Shown piece after piece: positions 1 to 9,177 of a stretch of DNA of 32,000 bases. The translations under genes and the position numbers were made by a program. The DNA is from Gordonia phage Ghobes. The stretch is from sequence record KX557278.1, one strand, 5' to 3'. Within the stretch, counting starts at the first letter, position 1; each line of letters opens with the position of its first letter. Under the pieces are notes generated by a model. That model ran no database searches. It was not told the DNA's origin and was given only the letters and a program-made list of their open reading frames with translations.

Positions 1-267
1 GTCCTGTCGCCGAGCCAGACGGCCGACTTCGAGCGACTGGTCGACGCCAACTTCCGGACACCCCTGGTGGACGCTGCGTTCGCCACTCCGGACCTGCCCG
101 GTGACGACGACACGAGCAACCGCAGGGGTAGCGGTCGTGGCGGGGACGCTCCTTTGGTTGGTACCCTTACTGTGCAAGCAGTCGACGTCGAGGACCAAGT
201 GCGACAGGTTAACCGGACCCTCCGCACCCTTGCCAAGAGCGACACTCTTCTTGGAGGTTGGGGATGA
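1..267 (+). CDS. 3' end of an upstream tail-region gene (possibly tape measure protein), truncated by window edge
   Basis: Frame 1 open from base 1 to the TGA at 265-267; ATGA overlap with the next gene; position just upstream of tail-tip genes. Confidence 0.6.
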   Translation, partial: VLSPSQTADFERLVDANFRTPLVDAAFATPDLPGDDDTSNRRGSGRGGDAPLVGTLTVQAVDVEDQVRQVNRTLRTLAKSDTLLGGWG

Positions 268-1124
268 GCTACCCGCTAACGACCCACACGGTGGTGCGGT
301 ACGTTTCGCCGGACGGCGAGGTACTCCCGCTGTCGGGCGGTCCCGACGCTGGCAAGTACCAGGTCTGGCTGGGTCACGACCCGGTCGGCCTGGGCCACGT
401 CGAGACCAAGGCGCTGTTCGACGCGGCAGCGCGGCAGTGGGGCGAAGAGTACGTAGGTGAGACGGTCGACCACCAGGAGCTGGAACTTCCGCTGTTCGTG
501 TTGACCGACCACACCGGGGTCGACGGTTTGCGTCGTCGCCGGGAGTGGCTCAAGAAACTGTTCCCTCGAGACCGGGTTGGTTGGCTTTGCGTCTACACCA
601 ACGTGACCGGCTGGCGCTGGTTGGCCACCCGGCGAGGTAGCCTGAAGCCGGTCCTGGGAGCCGACCCCAACGCTCGTGGAGGTCTCGAGCTCGAGCTGGT
701 CCTACTGGTCGAGAACCCCCTCGCGAGGGTGGCGGACTCGAACGACTCCTGGCGCAACACCGAACTGACCGGTAAGGGGTCGCTGCTGCTGTACCCCGGC
801 CCCGAGTACCACGGTTGGCCGCAGTTCACGGTTCGAGGTCCGGGCAGGTTCCGGTTCAAGTACCTGGACAACGACGTCCTGTTCGACTTCAACGTACTAG
901 CGACCGAGACCCTGTTGGTGAACACCGACGAGGCTCGGCCGACCGTACGCGGCCGGACCGACGCGGGAGTCCAGCGGAACCTTCTCCCGTTGGTCCGGGG
1001 AACCAAGTTCCGCACTCCGCTACCCAAGGACACCCCCACCCGCGTCGACGTCACGGTGACCAACGGAAACGCCAACTCGGCGGTCTACGGAGTGTGCGCG
1101 CAACAACTGGAGGGCTTGCTTTGA
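264..1124 (+). CDS. minor tail / distal tail-like protein
   Basis: ATG at 264 preceded by GGAGG (253-257); 286 aa; located between the upstream tail gene and a Gp37-like tail protein. The ORF track start at 258 is an in-frame TTG, less likely. Confidence 0.7.
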   Translation: MSYPLTTHTVVRYVSPDGEVLPLSGGPDAGKYQVWLGHDPVGLGHVETKALFDAAARQWGEEYVGETVDHQELELPLFVLTDHTGVDGLRRRREWLKKLFPRDRVGWLCVYTNVTGWRWLATRRGSLKPVLGADPNARGGLELELVLLVENPLARVADSNDSWRNTELTGKGSLLLYPGPEYHGWPQFTVRGPGRFRFKYLDNDVLFDFNVLATETLLVNTDEARPTVRGRTDAGVQRNLLPLVRGTKFRTPLPKDTPTRVDVTVTNGNANSAVYGVCAQQLEGLL

Positions 1125-2725
1125 GCACCAGTCTTCGCGAGGCTTTCGCCCAGCTCACCTTTGACGAGAAGGACGAGCGCGACCTGCTGGCCCACCCGAA
1201 GGCGGAGCTGCAGCTACGCGACAAGGACAACCGGCTGTGGGGCCTGTCCGGCGACTACCGGGAGCTGAAGTTCACCGAGAAGGAGAACGAACCCGGTTCG
1301 ATCACCTTCACTGTCCCGGACGACGAGTACTACCGCGAGTACTTCTACGGGTTCCCGAAAGGCCAGGCTCGGCCGGTGGTGGTGCAGCTGCCTTTCTACC
1401 GCACCTTGTGGTTGATCACCGACTTCAAGCGCAAGCGCGAGGGCCTGAAGCGGGTGATCGAGGTCTCCGGTGTGCACTGCCTGGAGTACCTGAACTGGGT
1501 CCACCTGTGGCCCTGTCCCTGGTTCCCGGCCGAGTTCCAGCCGCTGCACTACTGGTTCGCAGTCGGACCGGCCGCGACCAACCTCGCCGCAGCCCTGATG
1601 GCTAACCTCGTTCGCCTCCAGGGCGAGCTGTTCTCGATCCCCTCTGGTAACCTGCTGGACCTGAACAACTGGAACGTGGTTAAGAAGGCTCTCTACCCGT
1701 TGGTGGTGAACCCGCGAAACAAGCTGGTCAAGGACACCTCAACCTGGATCACCGCCTCCTGGCGCATGGACAAGTGCCTGGACGCGTTCAAGGAGGTCTG
1801 CGACACTGAGGGCCTGACGATCACCACCACCTTCTTCGACCCCGACGCGGGCGACCCGCAGCCTTTCCCGGAGTACTTGGTGCTGAACCGGCCGACCCTG
1901 GTCGTAGACTTTGTTGAAAAGGGACCCCCGGTCGGGTTGACCGGAACGCTGCTGGACGGCCTGTTCCGTACTGGGGTGGCGATGGCCGACGACGCTCTCG
2001 AGTGGTTGTTCTACCCGGTACTCAACGCGGACAACTACGACGACTACCTGCAGAAGGCCTTCGGCCTGATCCCCGGCAAACCTTTTGTCTGCTACACCAC
2101 CGGGCAGTACTCTCCGGTACCCTCCTTTGAACAGACGACGCACGTCGGACTGGCCTCGCGGGTGACTGCCGGAGGCAAGTCGCCGGAGTGGGTGAACACC
2201 CTGCTGGTCACCGGAGCCAACCTGGCGATCGGCCTGCTGGGAACCGCGATCGGCGTACCTGGTCTGCAACTGGGGGTCTTCGAGAACGCGGTCAAGAACA
2301 AGGTACTCGCGTTCCACTCGAGTGAAGACCGCCAGCGCGCTACCGAGGCTGGGCCGTGGCGGTTCCGCGAGACTTTCGCCGAGACCTCCTCGACCGGTCT
2401 CTCGCTGACCACGTTCGCCGGGATGAAAACCGCACACTTCAAGTCCAGGTCGTACGTGAGCCACGCGATCGAGGTCTCCAACGGGGGTCCGTACTTTGCC
2501 GGCAAAGACGTTAACGTGGGCGACCCGGTCGGTGTCGAGGTGTTCGACGGTACGGTCGAGGTAGACCGACTGAAAGAGCTTTCGTACGAGGACAGCCGGA
2601 CGGTACGCGGCAAGCTCACTCTCCAGGTCGGCTCGGCCGACGCGGAGCGCGAACCCGGCTCGCTGGCCCTGGGCAAGCTGCGGCGAGCCTTCCAGTGGGT
2701 TAACCGAGTGGCGTTGTCGGAGTAG
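1121..2725 (+). CDS. minor tail protein, siphovirus ReqiPepy6 Gp37-like
   Basis: TTG start at 1121 overlapping the previous TGA. Protein SLREAFAQLTFDEKDERDLLAHPKAELQLRDKDNRLWGLSGDYRELKF... resembles Gp37-like minor tail proteins; 534 aa. Confidence 0.7.
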   Translation: MSTSLREAFAQLTFDEKDERDLLAHPKAELQLRDKDNRLWGLSGDYRELKFTEKENEPGSITFTVPDDEYYREYFYGFPKGQARPVVVQLPFYRTLWLITDFKRKREGLKRVIEVSGVHCLEYLNWVHLWPCPWFPAEFQPLHYWFAVGPAATNLAAALMANLVRLQGELFSIPSGNLLDLNNWNVVKKALYPLVVNPRNKLVKDTSTWITASWRMDKCLDAFKEVCDTEGLTITTTFFDPDAGDPQPFPEYLVLNRPTLVVDFVEKGPPVGLTGTLLDGLFRTGVAMADDALEWLFYPVLNADNYDDYLQKAFGLIPGKPFVCYTTGQYSPVPSFEQTTHVGLASRVTAGGKSPEWVNTLLVTGANLAIGLLGTAIGVPGLQLGVFENAVKNKVLAFHSSEDRQRATEAGPWRFRETFAETSSTGLSLTTFAGMKTAHFKSRSYVSHAIEVSNGGPYFAGKDVNVGDPVGVEVFDGTVEVDRLKELSYEDSRTVRGKLTLQVGSADAEREPGSLALGKLRRAFQWVNRVALSE

Positions 2726-2737
2726 GCCCGAACACGA

Positions 2738-2770
2738 CGAGACCCCCGACCTTTGCGGCCGGGGGTCTCG
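2738..2770. terminator. bidirectional intrinsic terminator between convergent genes
   Basis: Perfect 11-bp inverted repeat CGAGACCCCCG / CGGGGGTCTCG around an 11-nt loop, between the ends of the 2725(+) and 2784(-) genes. Confidence 0.8.
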
Positions 2771-2783
2771 GTGTCAGGGTGTC

Positions 2784-3107
2784 TCAGTCGAAGCTAGGGA
2801 CCTCCTCGGTGTTGGAGGGAAGGCGACCGTGGTCGCAGTAGTTGCCGAGGAGGCGTTCGCCCTCCTGCAGCAGGCCTTCCCAGGTGCTGGGGTTGTTCAG
2901 GGCCTCGGCAACGAGCTTCTGAACCGGGGCTCCTTCGGGGACTCCTGCTCGGACCAGTGCCAGGGTGAAAGCGGTCTCGGCGACTCGGCCTGCGGCCTGC
3001 TCCCAGTCAGTGAAACTGGCTCCCAGGTCCTGGACCAGCTCGTCAAGTTCGCGGACGAGCTGGGCGACGCGGTCCTGGCGGGCAAACGAAACGTTGGTGA
3101 AAAGCAT
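2784..3107 (-). CDS. hypothetical small phage protein
   Basis: ATG start with AAGGAG RBS; preceded by promoter motif ACTTGCG-N16-TGGTAAACT; 107 aa. Confidence 0.75.
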   Translation of the reverse strand: MLFTNVSFARQDRVAQLVRELDELVQDLGASFTDWEQAAGRVAETAFTLALVRAGVPEGAPVQKLVAEALNNPSTWEGLLQEGERLLGNYCDHGRLPSNTEEVPSFD

Positions 3108-3147
3108 TGGAGTCTCCTTCTGGGTGTCTTTCTCGCTTACGTAACCC

Positions 3148-3179
3148 AGTTTACCAGGGGTTACCCTAGTAACGCAAGT
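3148..3179 (-). promoter_or_regulatory. putative promoter, ACTTGCG-N16-TGGTAAACT
   Basis: Same two boxes at identical spacing as at 24159, 24923 and 25238. Confidence 0.75.
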
Positions 3180-3470
3180 TTACGCGACACCCCCCTCTTC
3201 CTCGTCGACCGGCTCGGCCGGTTCCTCCGGCTCGGCCGGTGCGCTGAACGAGGGAGCCTCGTAGGCCGGGAGCTCGGGCTTGACGTAGGTCGAGCCGTCG
3301 TTACCGCCACCCGGTGCGGCCGGACCGTGCGAGACGACCGGGGGAGGGCAGGGAGCCGGTCCCCTGGGGGTGTCCAGGACGCAGCTTGCTGCGGCCGAGA
3401 CCTCGACGTGAGCCGGGGCCTGGTGGGGACCGGCGAGGGTCAGGACGAGGGCAAAGAGTGCTTCGAACAC
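3180..3470 (-). CDS. small Pro/Glu-rich exported or membrane-anchored protein
   Basis: GTG start at 3470 with GGAG RBS; N-terminal hydrophobic VFEALFALVLTLAG segment; Pro/Glu-rich C-terminus. Confidence 0.55.
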   Translation of the reverse strand: MFEALFALVLTLAGPHQAPAHVEVSAAASCVLDTPRGPAPCPPPVVSHGPAAPGGGNDGSTYVKPELPAYEAPSFSAPAEPEEPAEPVDEEEGGVA

Positions 3471-3552
3471 GGTGTTCTCCTTAGGTTGGTTGGTTGACCT
3501 GCTCTGGCTGGTCGAGCAAGGGGAGCTCCGGAGAGCTCCCCCACTCGAACGG

Positions 3553-4146
3553 TCAGAACTTCTCCGCGCACTTGGGGCCGATCCCGGCCTCCCGGCTGGA
3601 GTCGTTAGTGAGCGTTCGGCCGCAGACCCCGCAGACTCCCAGCTCGTGGCCGTAGCGACGCGAGGCCTCCTCGGGTCCGACCTCCGCCACCTTGCGCAGC
3701 ACTGCGGCCGAGGTCTTGCGGTCCAGCCGCTGGTAGTCGCCCGAGACCTGCAGCTTGACGAAGGTCCAGCCCGCCCACTTGCCGGTCTCGGGGCGGTCCA
3801 CGCGGTAGAACGCCAGGGAGTTGGTCGCACCTTCCCCGGTCTCGACCGCGTAGTGTCCGGCCGGAACGTCCGGCAGGTCCTGGGGAGCCTTCGGGGCCTG
3901 CTTCGGCTGGCTCGCGGCGACCTCGTCCTTCAGCTTCCGGTTGGTGGCCAGGAAGGCGTCGATGGTCTTGGAGACGGCCGACCGGTTGTGAGTCCGCAGC
4001 GACTCCTTCAGTGCGGGCAGGTCCACTGCGGAGTTGTCCTGGCCCAGCTGCTCGCGGAGCGAGACGAACTCGTCCAGGAGGCTGTCGGCGAAGGCCAACT
4101 GCTTGGCGGTGGCGGGGACTGCGGGTGCCTTGGTTGCGGTGCTCAC
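3553..4146 (-). CDS. hypothetical protein with C-terminal Cys-rich (DUF6011-like) motif
   Basis: GTG start with AAGGAG; C-terminus CGVCGRTLTNDSSREAGIGPKCAEKF typical of phage DUF6011 zinc-binding domains. Confidence 0.8.
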   Translation of the reverse strand: MSTATKAPAVPATAKQLAFADSLLDEFVSLREQLGQDNSAVDLPALKESLRTHNRSAVSKTIDAFLATNRKLKDEVAASQPKQAPKAPQDLPDVPAGHYAVETGEGATNSLAFYRVDRPETGKWAGWTFVKLQVSGDYQRLDRKTSAAVLRKVAEVGPEEASRRYGHELGVCGVCGRTLTNDSSREAGIGPKCAEKF

Positions 4147-4173
4147 TGGTTTCTCCTTGGGGTTGAGTGCCTG

Positions 4174-4186
4174 ACGTAGACTACGT
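4174..4186. repeat. palindrome ACGTAGACTACGT, possible operator
   Basis: Perfect 6-bp arms around a central base in the divergent intergenic region, overlapping the candidate -10. Confidence 0.4.
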
Positions 4187-4213
4187 TACACTACTCCGGC
4201 CGTCGGCACAAGT
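4183..4213 (-). promoter_or_regulatory. putative promoter, ACTTGTG-N16-TGTAACGT variant
   Basis: ACTTGTG box at 4207-4213 (minus) followed by TAACGT -10-like hexamer, one nt shorter spacing than the main family; upstream of the 4146(-) gene. Confidence 0.5.
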
Positions 4214-4277
4214 TCCGTCTCTTCCGGGGGTCGCGGTGTTAAACTTGAACCCGAACCCACAACCCAAGGAGAGACCC

Positions 4278-5318
4278 GTGACCTTTGTCGTCTCGCGTGA
4301 ACACGTCGAAAGCTTCGACCAGTGGGCTCGAGCTCGCGACGGTAACCCGTACGGTTACGGCGGAGCCTTCAACCTGAACCCGGACGTCTCGACCGACTGC
4401 TCGGGCCTGGTCCTGCAGTCGGCCGCGTACCTGACCAAGGTGAAGAACTGGGTAGGAAACCGCTTCGGTTCGACCGAGTCGTTCCGCCTGGACTACCCAG
4501 TGGTCTACGAACTCGGTTTCAAGCGCTTCTCCGGCGACCCCTCGCGACTCCCCTTCAAGCCGCTCCTGCTGGTCGGCCTGCAGCACGGAGGAGGGGGGAT
4601 CTACTCCCACACTGCGTGCACCTTCTACGGCAAGGACGTACCCGGTGGTCCGGTCAAGGAGTCGGCGCGCGGCGTTGACTGGGAGAGTCAGGGCAACGGG
4701 GTCTACTACTACGAGGGAGCTCGGTACTGGAAGGACTCGCTGTTCCACGACTTCTGGTACTTGGACGCGAAGTTGGCTCCCGCAGCCCCGGCAGTGAACG
4801 AGATCGACGCCGAGGCCAAGCGGGCAGCAGCCTGGCTCGGTAAGCGGAAGTCGGTCGACTCGGAGGGCAAGCCGGTAGAGCACAAGGCCCCAGACGGCGA
4901 GGGTCGTTTCGCCCACTTCGAGAACGGTTCGGTCTACTGGCACCCGCGCGTCAACGCGGACCAGCCGGTCGGTCTCCGGGCAGTGGCGGTCCCCAAGGAC
5001 GTGTTCGAGGTCTGGGCGCGCGTCGGCTTCGAGACCGGACCTCTCGGGTACCCGCTCCTGCGCCACGTCGTGGACAAGGGAGTGGGCACGATCCAGGGGT
5101 TCACCGGAGGTGCGGTCTACCGCAAGTACGGCACCTCGGGCGGTGTCCTGGTCGGCCGGATCGGCGACTCGTACTACAAGGACGGAGCCGAGAAGAGCCC
5201 GCTCGGCTGGCCGCTGGGAGACGAGGAGTTCTTCCAGGACGGACGGGTACAGCAGTTCGAGAACGGTAAGGCCTACTGGCACGCCAGCGGGGTTACCAAG
5301 CTTCTCAACGGAAAGTAG
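4278..5318 (+). CDS. lysA: endolysin (lysin A): NlpC/P60-like peptidase domain plus LGFP-like repeats
   Basis: GTG at 4278 with AAGGAGA RBS; NPYGYGGAFNLNPDVSTDCSGLVLQ catalytic Cys motif; C-terminal repeats such as GPLGYPLL..., SPLGWPLGDEEFFQDGRVQQFENGKAYWH. Confidence 0.8.
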   Translation: MTFVVSREHVESFDQWARARDGNPYGYGGAFNLNPDVSTDCSGLVLQSAAYLTKVKNWVGNRFGSTESFRLDYPVVYELGFKRFSGDPSRLPFKPLLLVGLQHGGGGIYSHTACTFYGKDVPGGPVKESARGVDWESQGNGVYYYEGARYWKDSLFHDFWYLDAKLAPAAPAVNEIDAEAKRAAAWLGKRKSVDSEGKPVEHKAPDGEGRFAHFENGSVYWHPRVNADQPVGLRAVAVPKDVFEVWARVGFETGPLGYPLLRHVVDKGVGTIQGFTGGAVYRKYGTSGGVLVGRIGDSYYKDGAEKSPLGWPLGDEEFFQDGRVQQFENGKAYWHASGVTKLLNGK

Positions 5319-5323
5319 GAACA

Positions 5324-5698
5324 GTGAACGGAAAGCTTTTGTTCGGCCGCGAACCGGCCGGTTGGTTGGCCTTGGTCTCGGCAGCGGTCTCGCTCGTCGG
5401 TGCCTTCGCGGTCGGCTTCGACGCGCAGACGCAGGGCCTGGTGGTGGCGTTCGCGAACGCGGTCTTGGGAGCTCTGCTGGCCTGGCAGACCCGACCGCTG
5501 GCACCGGCCGCGTTCGTCGCGGTGGTCCAAACCGCCCTGCCGCTGTTGGTCGCGTTCGGTCTCGACTGGACCGCTGAGCAGCAGGCTACCTTGCTGACGG
5601 TCTCCTCGGTCGTGTTGAACCTGGCGCTGGTCCGGCCGCAGGTTCAGCCGCTGGTGACCTACCGCTCCGAGGCTGGTCCTCGGCACCTGGAGGGTTAG
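5324..5698 (+). CDS. holin-like membrane protein
   Basis: 124 aa with two or three hydrophobic segments, immediately downstream of endolysin. Confidence 0.7.
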   Translation: MNGKLLFGREPAGWLALVSAAVSLVGAFAVGFDAQTQGLVVAFANAVLGALLAWQTRPLAPAAFVAVVQTALPLLVAFGLDWTAEQQATLLTVSSVVLNLALVRPQVQPLVTYRSEAGPRHLEG

Positions 5699-6345
5699 TG
5701 CACTTGCCCACGGTACAGGACGTCATCCCCGCTGGAAAGGTGAGGTTGAGGGTACAGCTTGTGTACCCCGAGCTAGCAGGCGTTCAGGTCGGTCTGTTTC
5801 TCGCAGCCCTGTACCGTGGACTGGACTACGTCACCCCTCCGAGCGAGAGCCCCGAGTCCTTGAGTGTGGTCGAGAAAGCTCTCGCCCTCGAGGTCTGGGG
5901 AGTGGTGTTCTTGGTCCTGGGAGTCCTCGGTCTGGCGGGGTTGTTCTGGGTGAAGTTGCCGCTGACGGCAGTCGCCCACGGGTTCCTCGTCGGGCTGTAC
6001 CTGGCGTTCGCGGTAGGTTCGCTCTGGTCAGTAGTGGGGCGAACGTCGAGTACTCCGAGTGTTTACGAGTGGGTTTGGGTCGCAGTGCTCGGGGGAGCTG
6101 CGACGGTTACCTGGTTGGTGACCTTCTTCAGTTTGAAGCGGTTCAGGGCTCTGGGCTACCTGGGAGTGGCGTTCTTCGCCACTGCGGCAGTCTCGGTCTA
6201 CGCGTCTTCCTCGGGGGTCTACGGTTGGCGGACTGCGGCCGGTTGGCTGCTGGTCCTGTGCGTTTGTCACGGTGTGCTGGCGAACGCGTCCAGTGACGAG
6301 TGGCGTGCCCTGAAGGAGGACCGAGAGAGTGCCGAACCTTCCTGA
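5698..6345 (+). CDS. multi-pass membrane protein of lysis region
   Basis: 215 aa with several predicted TM stretches; GTG overlaps the previous stop. Confidence 0.65.
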   Translation: MHLPTVQDVIPAGKVRLRVQLVYPELAGVQVGLFLAALYRGLDYVTPPSESPESLSVVEKALALEVWGVVFLVLGVLGLAGLFWVKLPLTAVAHGFLVGLYLAFAVGSLWSVVGRTSSTPSVYEWVWVAVLGGAATVTWLVTFFSLKRFRALGYLGVAFFATAAVSVYASSSGVYGWRTAAGWLLVLCVCHGVLANASSDEWRALKEDRESAEPS

Positions 6346-6742
6346 CAACACCCCCGGCTGGGTGGTCCTAGCCCTGTTTGTTGCCTTCGGCCTGAAGTAC
6401 CTGTTCCAGTTCCTCGCGGAAGCCTCGGAAAGCGCGGCGAAGGTCTTCGGGCCTCTCGGTCGCAGGTGGCGGCAGCGAGCTCAAGAGAGGGCAAGCGAGA
6501 GGGCACAAGAGTCCCCTCGGTTGTTGGAGACGGTACGCGAGGAGCGCGAAGCGTACGCGCGACGCTACCGGAACTCCGAACGCGCTAACCAGGAGTTCTT
6601 AGACTGGTACACTAAGTGCGACCAGCCTTTCCACCGACGCGCCACCTTGCAGGCCGCTGAGTCCGGGTGCGAGCTCCCGCCCTGGGTTCCGCTCTCGCAG
6701 TGGCCACCGCCCGAGCCCCAACCCGAGGAGAACAACCGGTGA
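6329..6742 (+). CDS. membrane-anchored coiled-coil protein
   Basis: N-terminal TM (GWVVLALFVAFGLKYLFQFL) followed by charged helical region; overlaps preceding gene by 17 nt. Confidence 0.6.
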   Translation: MPNLPDNTPGWVVLALFVAFGLKYLFQFLAEASESAAKVFGPLGRRWRQRAQERASERAQESPRLLETVREEREAYARRYRNSERANQEFLDWYTKCDQPFHRRATLQAAESGCELPPWVPLSQWPPPEPQPEENNR

Positions 6743-7104
6743 GCAGCAAGCAGGCCTACGCGGTACACGACCCGACCGTGGTCGACCTGGCCAAGTTCCT
6801 GGAGCAGACGCCGCTGTCGAACGGTGCGTCTGCTCCCCTGCCTCCGGGGGTCTCGCAGTTGGTCGCCCAGGCAGTTTGCAACTACACCCAGGGCCTGGTC
6901 TGGGACCGCGAGTCTCGCAGTTGGACCGACTTGGACGAGTGGGCCAAGAACCCCAGTTTTGACGACGTCACGGTACGCAAGCTGGAAGACGGCGACGACG
7001 TGGTGTACCGGCTCACCCACCGACCCACCAACCTGTCCGTGTTGGCCGAAACTCCCGAGGAAGCCTGGGAGACCCTGAAAGAGAAGGTAGCGCGACGTGC
7101 CTGA
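6739..7104 (+). CDS. hypothetical protein
   Basis: GTG at 6739 overlapping the TGA at 6740-6742; 121 aa; track start at 6667 is upstream of the likely start. Confidence 0.65.
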   Translation: MSSKQAYAVHDPTVVDLAKFLEQTPLSNGASAPLPPGVSQLVAQAVCNYTQGLVWDRESRSWTDLDEWAKNPSFDDVTVRKLEDGDDVVYRLTHRPTNLSVLAETPEEAWETLKEKVARRA

Positions 7105-8179
7105 TGACCCGATCGAACGGTTCACAACCGAAGTTGAGGTGTACGGGATCCCCCAACCTGCGGGAGCTCCTCCGCTCACCGAGGCGTACTTCCACGTGCG
7201 CTACCGGCCGGACGGGAACGCCGAACGAGCCAAGCTGGGCCTCCCGGCCTACGAGGGCAAGCAGGGTCCTCCCGGACCGCCCGGAGCAGTGCACCAGGGC
7301 GACCGGACCTCGGCGCAGCTCACCGCGCTGCAGGGGGTCCTGGGTCCGGAGCAGGTGAACTACTCCTACCGCAACACCGACACCAACGACCAGTACGTCT
7401 GGGACGGGGAGTCGTTCGTGGTCTACCAGGACGTCTACCAGACTCCTGGCCCTCCGGGACCTGCACCAAACCTTTCTGCCGGCACCCTGACCGTGGGCGG
7501 CGAGCAGGTCGTAGACCCGGACTTCGGGGTGCGGGTGACCGGCACCAACCCGAACTACGTGGTCGACGTGGACCTGCCGCAGTTGCCCAAGGGCGACAAG
7601 GGCGACGTTGGTCCTTCGGGCTCGGTCTACACCTCGGTGGACGTGGACCAGACGGTGGCCCCGAACGACGGCGACGTCCTGGTACACGACGCGGACGCGG
7701 GCAAGCTCGTCTGGTCTCCCGGCCAGTTCGTGACCGAAGAGTACGTGGTGCCTCCTTCTGGCTTCCCGAACGCCAGCAAGAGTTCCTCGGACCTGCGCCA
7801 CCTGCTGGTCACTTTGCTGATCCCCGCCAAGCCGTACCGCTACCGCTTCGACTTCTCGGGCGGTGTAGACGTCGAGTCCAAGTCCGGACACCAGATCGAC
7901 CTGGAGGTCCGGTCGAACCTGGACACCCCGACGTCCCCCGAAACCAACGGTCCGCTGGTCGGTTACGGCAAGGGCCAGGACGGCGAGGGTTGGCGTGAGG
8001 TGGCCTTCCGCGCGCACTCCGACGTGGCGATCGACCCCTCCTCACACGAGGCCACGGTGCCTCCGGGAACCCCCGTTACCTTGTACGTCTCGGCCGTCAA
8101 GAAGGCCGGTATCCTGCTCGGTTGGAGTGTCCGTAACACCCGTGCACAGCTTCGGGTTCGACTGCTGCGGGTGAACTAG
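7097..8179 (+). CDS. minor tail protein with collagen-like GPPGPPG segments
   Basis: 360 aa; contains GKQGPPGPPGA and TPGPPGPAPN; tail gene context. Confidence 0.65.
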   Translation: MPDDPIERFTTEVEVYGIPQPAGAPPLTEAYFHVRYRPDGNAERAKLGLPAYEGKQGPPGPPGAVHQGDRTSAQLTALQGVLGPEQVNYSYRNTDTNDQYVWDGESFVVYQDVYQTPGPPGPAPNLSAGTLTVGGEQVVDPDFGVRVTGTNPNYVVDVDLPQLPKGDKGDVGPSGSVYTSVDVDQTVAPNDGDVLVHDADAGKLVWSPGQFVTEEYVVPPSGFPNASKSSSDLRHLLVTLLIPAKPYRYRFDFSGGVDVESKSGHQIDLEVRSNLDTPTSPETNGPLVGYGKGQDGEGWREVAFRAHSDVAIDPSSHEATVPPGTPVTLYVSAVKKAGILLGWSVRNTRAQLRVRLLRVN

Positions 8180-9177
8180 TGGCAGTAGGTCGCGACCGCT
8201 TCTACTTTCCGCCTCCGCAGGTACCGGACGACGACGCTTTGGGCAACGCGCAAAAGCTGGTGGAGGAACTGGCGCTGCAGCAAGACCTGAACCAGGTGGA
8301 CCAGAAGGCCACCGACGCCAAAAACGGCCTGGAGCAACTGGTGACCGGGGTCGTCGGTTCGGGTGGGGTGCAGGACCTGGTTAACGACCTGTTGGGTCTG
8401 AAGTCTGAGCAAGTGGCCCAGTCCGAGGCGATCGCCAACCTCGAGGAAGTTGCCGCAGCAGGAGGCGTGACCCAGGCGTGGGAGTCTAACCTGAACGACC
8501 TGGTCACGGTGCCGCGCGCACTGCTGATCCCCCAGGTTTCGTCCTTGGGCTCGGTTACGGTTTCGGGTACCACCGGCTCGGGCGGTGCCAGCGGTGGTTC
8601 ACACACGCACTCGTTCAACGACGGCGCGCACACGCACTCGGTGAACACTAAGCTGCCCAGCTTCAAGCCGCAGGCGAACAACGTCTTCGGCAACTCCTCG
8701 GGTACAGTCTACTTCGCGCCGATCGTGGTCAACCGGACCGGCTACCTCGACCGGTTCCGCCTGATCAGCGGTGCCGACACCCTGCTGTTCACGATTGACG
8801 AGTACTGGTTGGCCCTGTTCGTCTACGACCCCACGGACGGGTACCTCAAGAAGGTCTGGCAGTCGGATAACCTGAAAGACCAGCTAGGCAACGGCCTGCG
8901 GGAGGTCTCGTTCCCGATGGACCTCAACCAGCAGGTCTCACCCGGCCAGGTCCTGTTCCCTGCGCACCTGCAGCGGCAACCGGCTCTCGGCGGTTCCACA
9001 CGTACGGTCGCGGCGGTCCCGCAGGGTGGCGTCTCCCGAGCCTCCGACGTGCTGCTCAAAGCGAGCTGTTACGAACTGTCCGGACAAACCTCGATCCCGG
9101 CTTCAGTGCCCTTGACTGGCCTCGCCCAAAACAACGACTTTGTGCCCTGGTGGGCCGTTTCACTACAGGAGGCTTAG
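8179..9177 (+). CDS. minor tail / receptor-binding protein
   Basis: Contains SGGSHTHSFNDGAHTHSV histidine motif typical of tail fibre tips; abuts flanking tail genes. Confidence 0.65.
   Translation: MAVGRDRFYFPPPQVPDDDALGNAQKLVEELALQQDLNQVDQKATDAKNGLEQLVTGVVGSGGVQDLVNDLLGLKSEQVAQSEAIANLEEVAAAGGVTQAWESNLNDLVTVPRALLIPQVSSLGSVTVSGTTGSGGASGGSHTHSFNDGAHTHSVNTKLPSFKPQANNVFGNSSGTVYFAPIVVNRTGYLDRFRLISGADTLLFTIDEYWLALFVYDPTDGYLKKVWQSDNLKDQLGNGLREVSFPMDLNQQVSPGQVLFPAHLQRQPALGGSTRTVAAVPQGGVSRASDVLLKASCYELSGQTSIPASVPLTGLAQNNDFVPWWAVSLQEA

Noticed and set aside
4211-4245. Possible rightward copy of the promoter family (AGTTCCG ... TGTTAAACT) before lysA
   Set aside because: The -10 is one mismatch off but the upstream box is degenerate and spacing is 19 nt instead of 16; not strong enough to list as a member.
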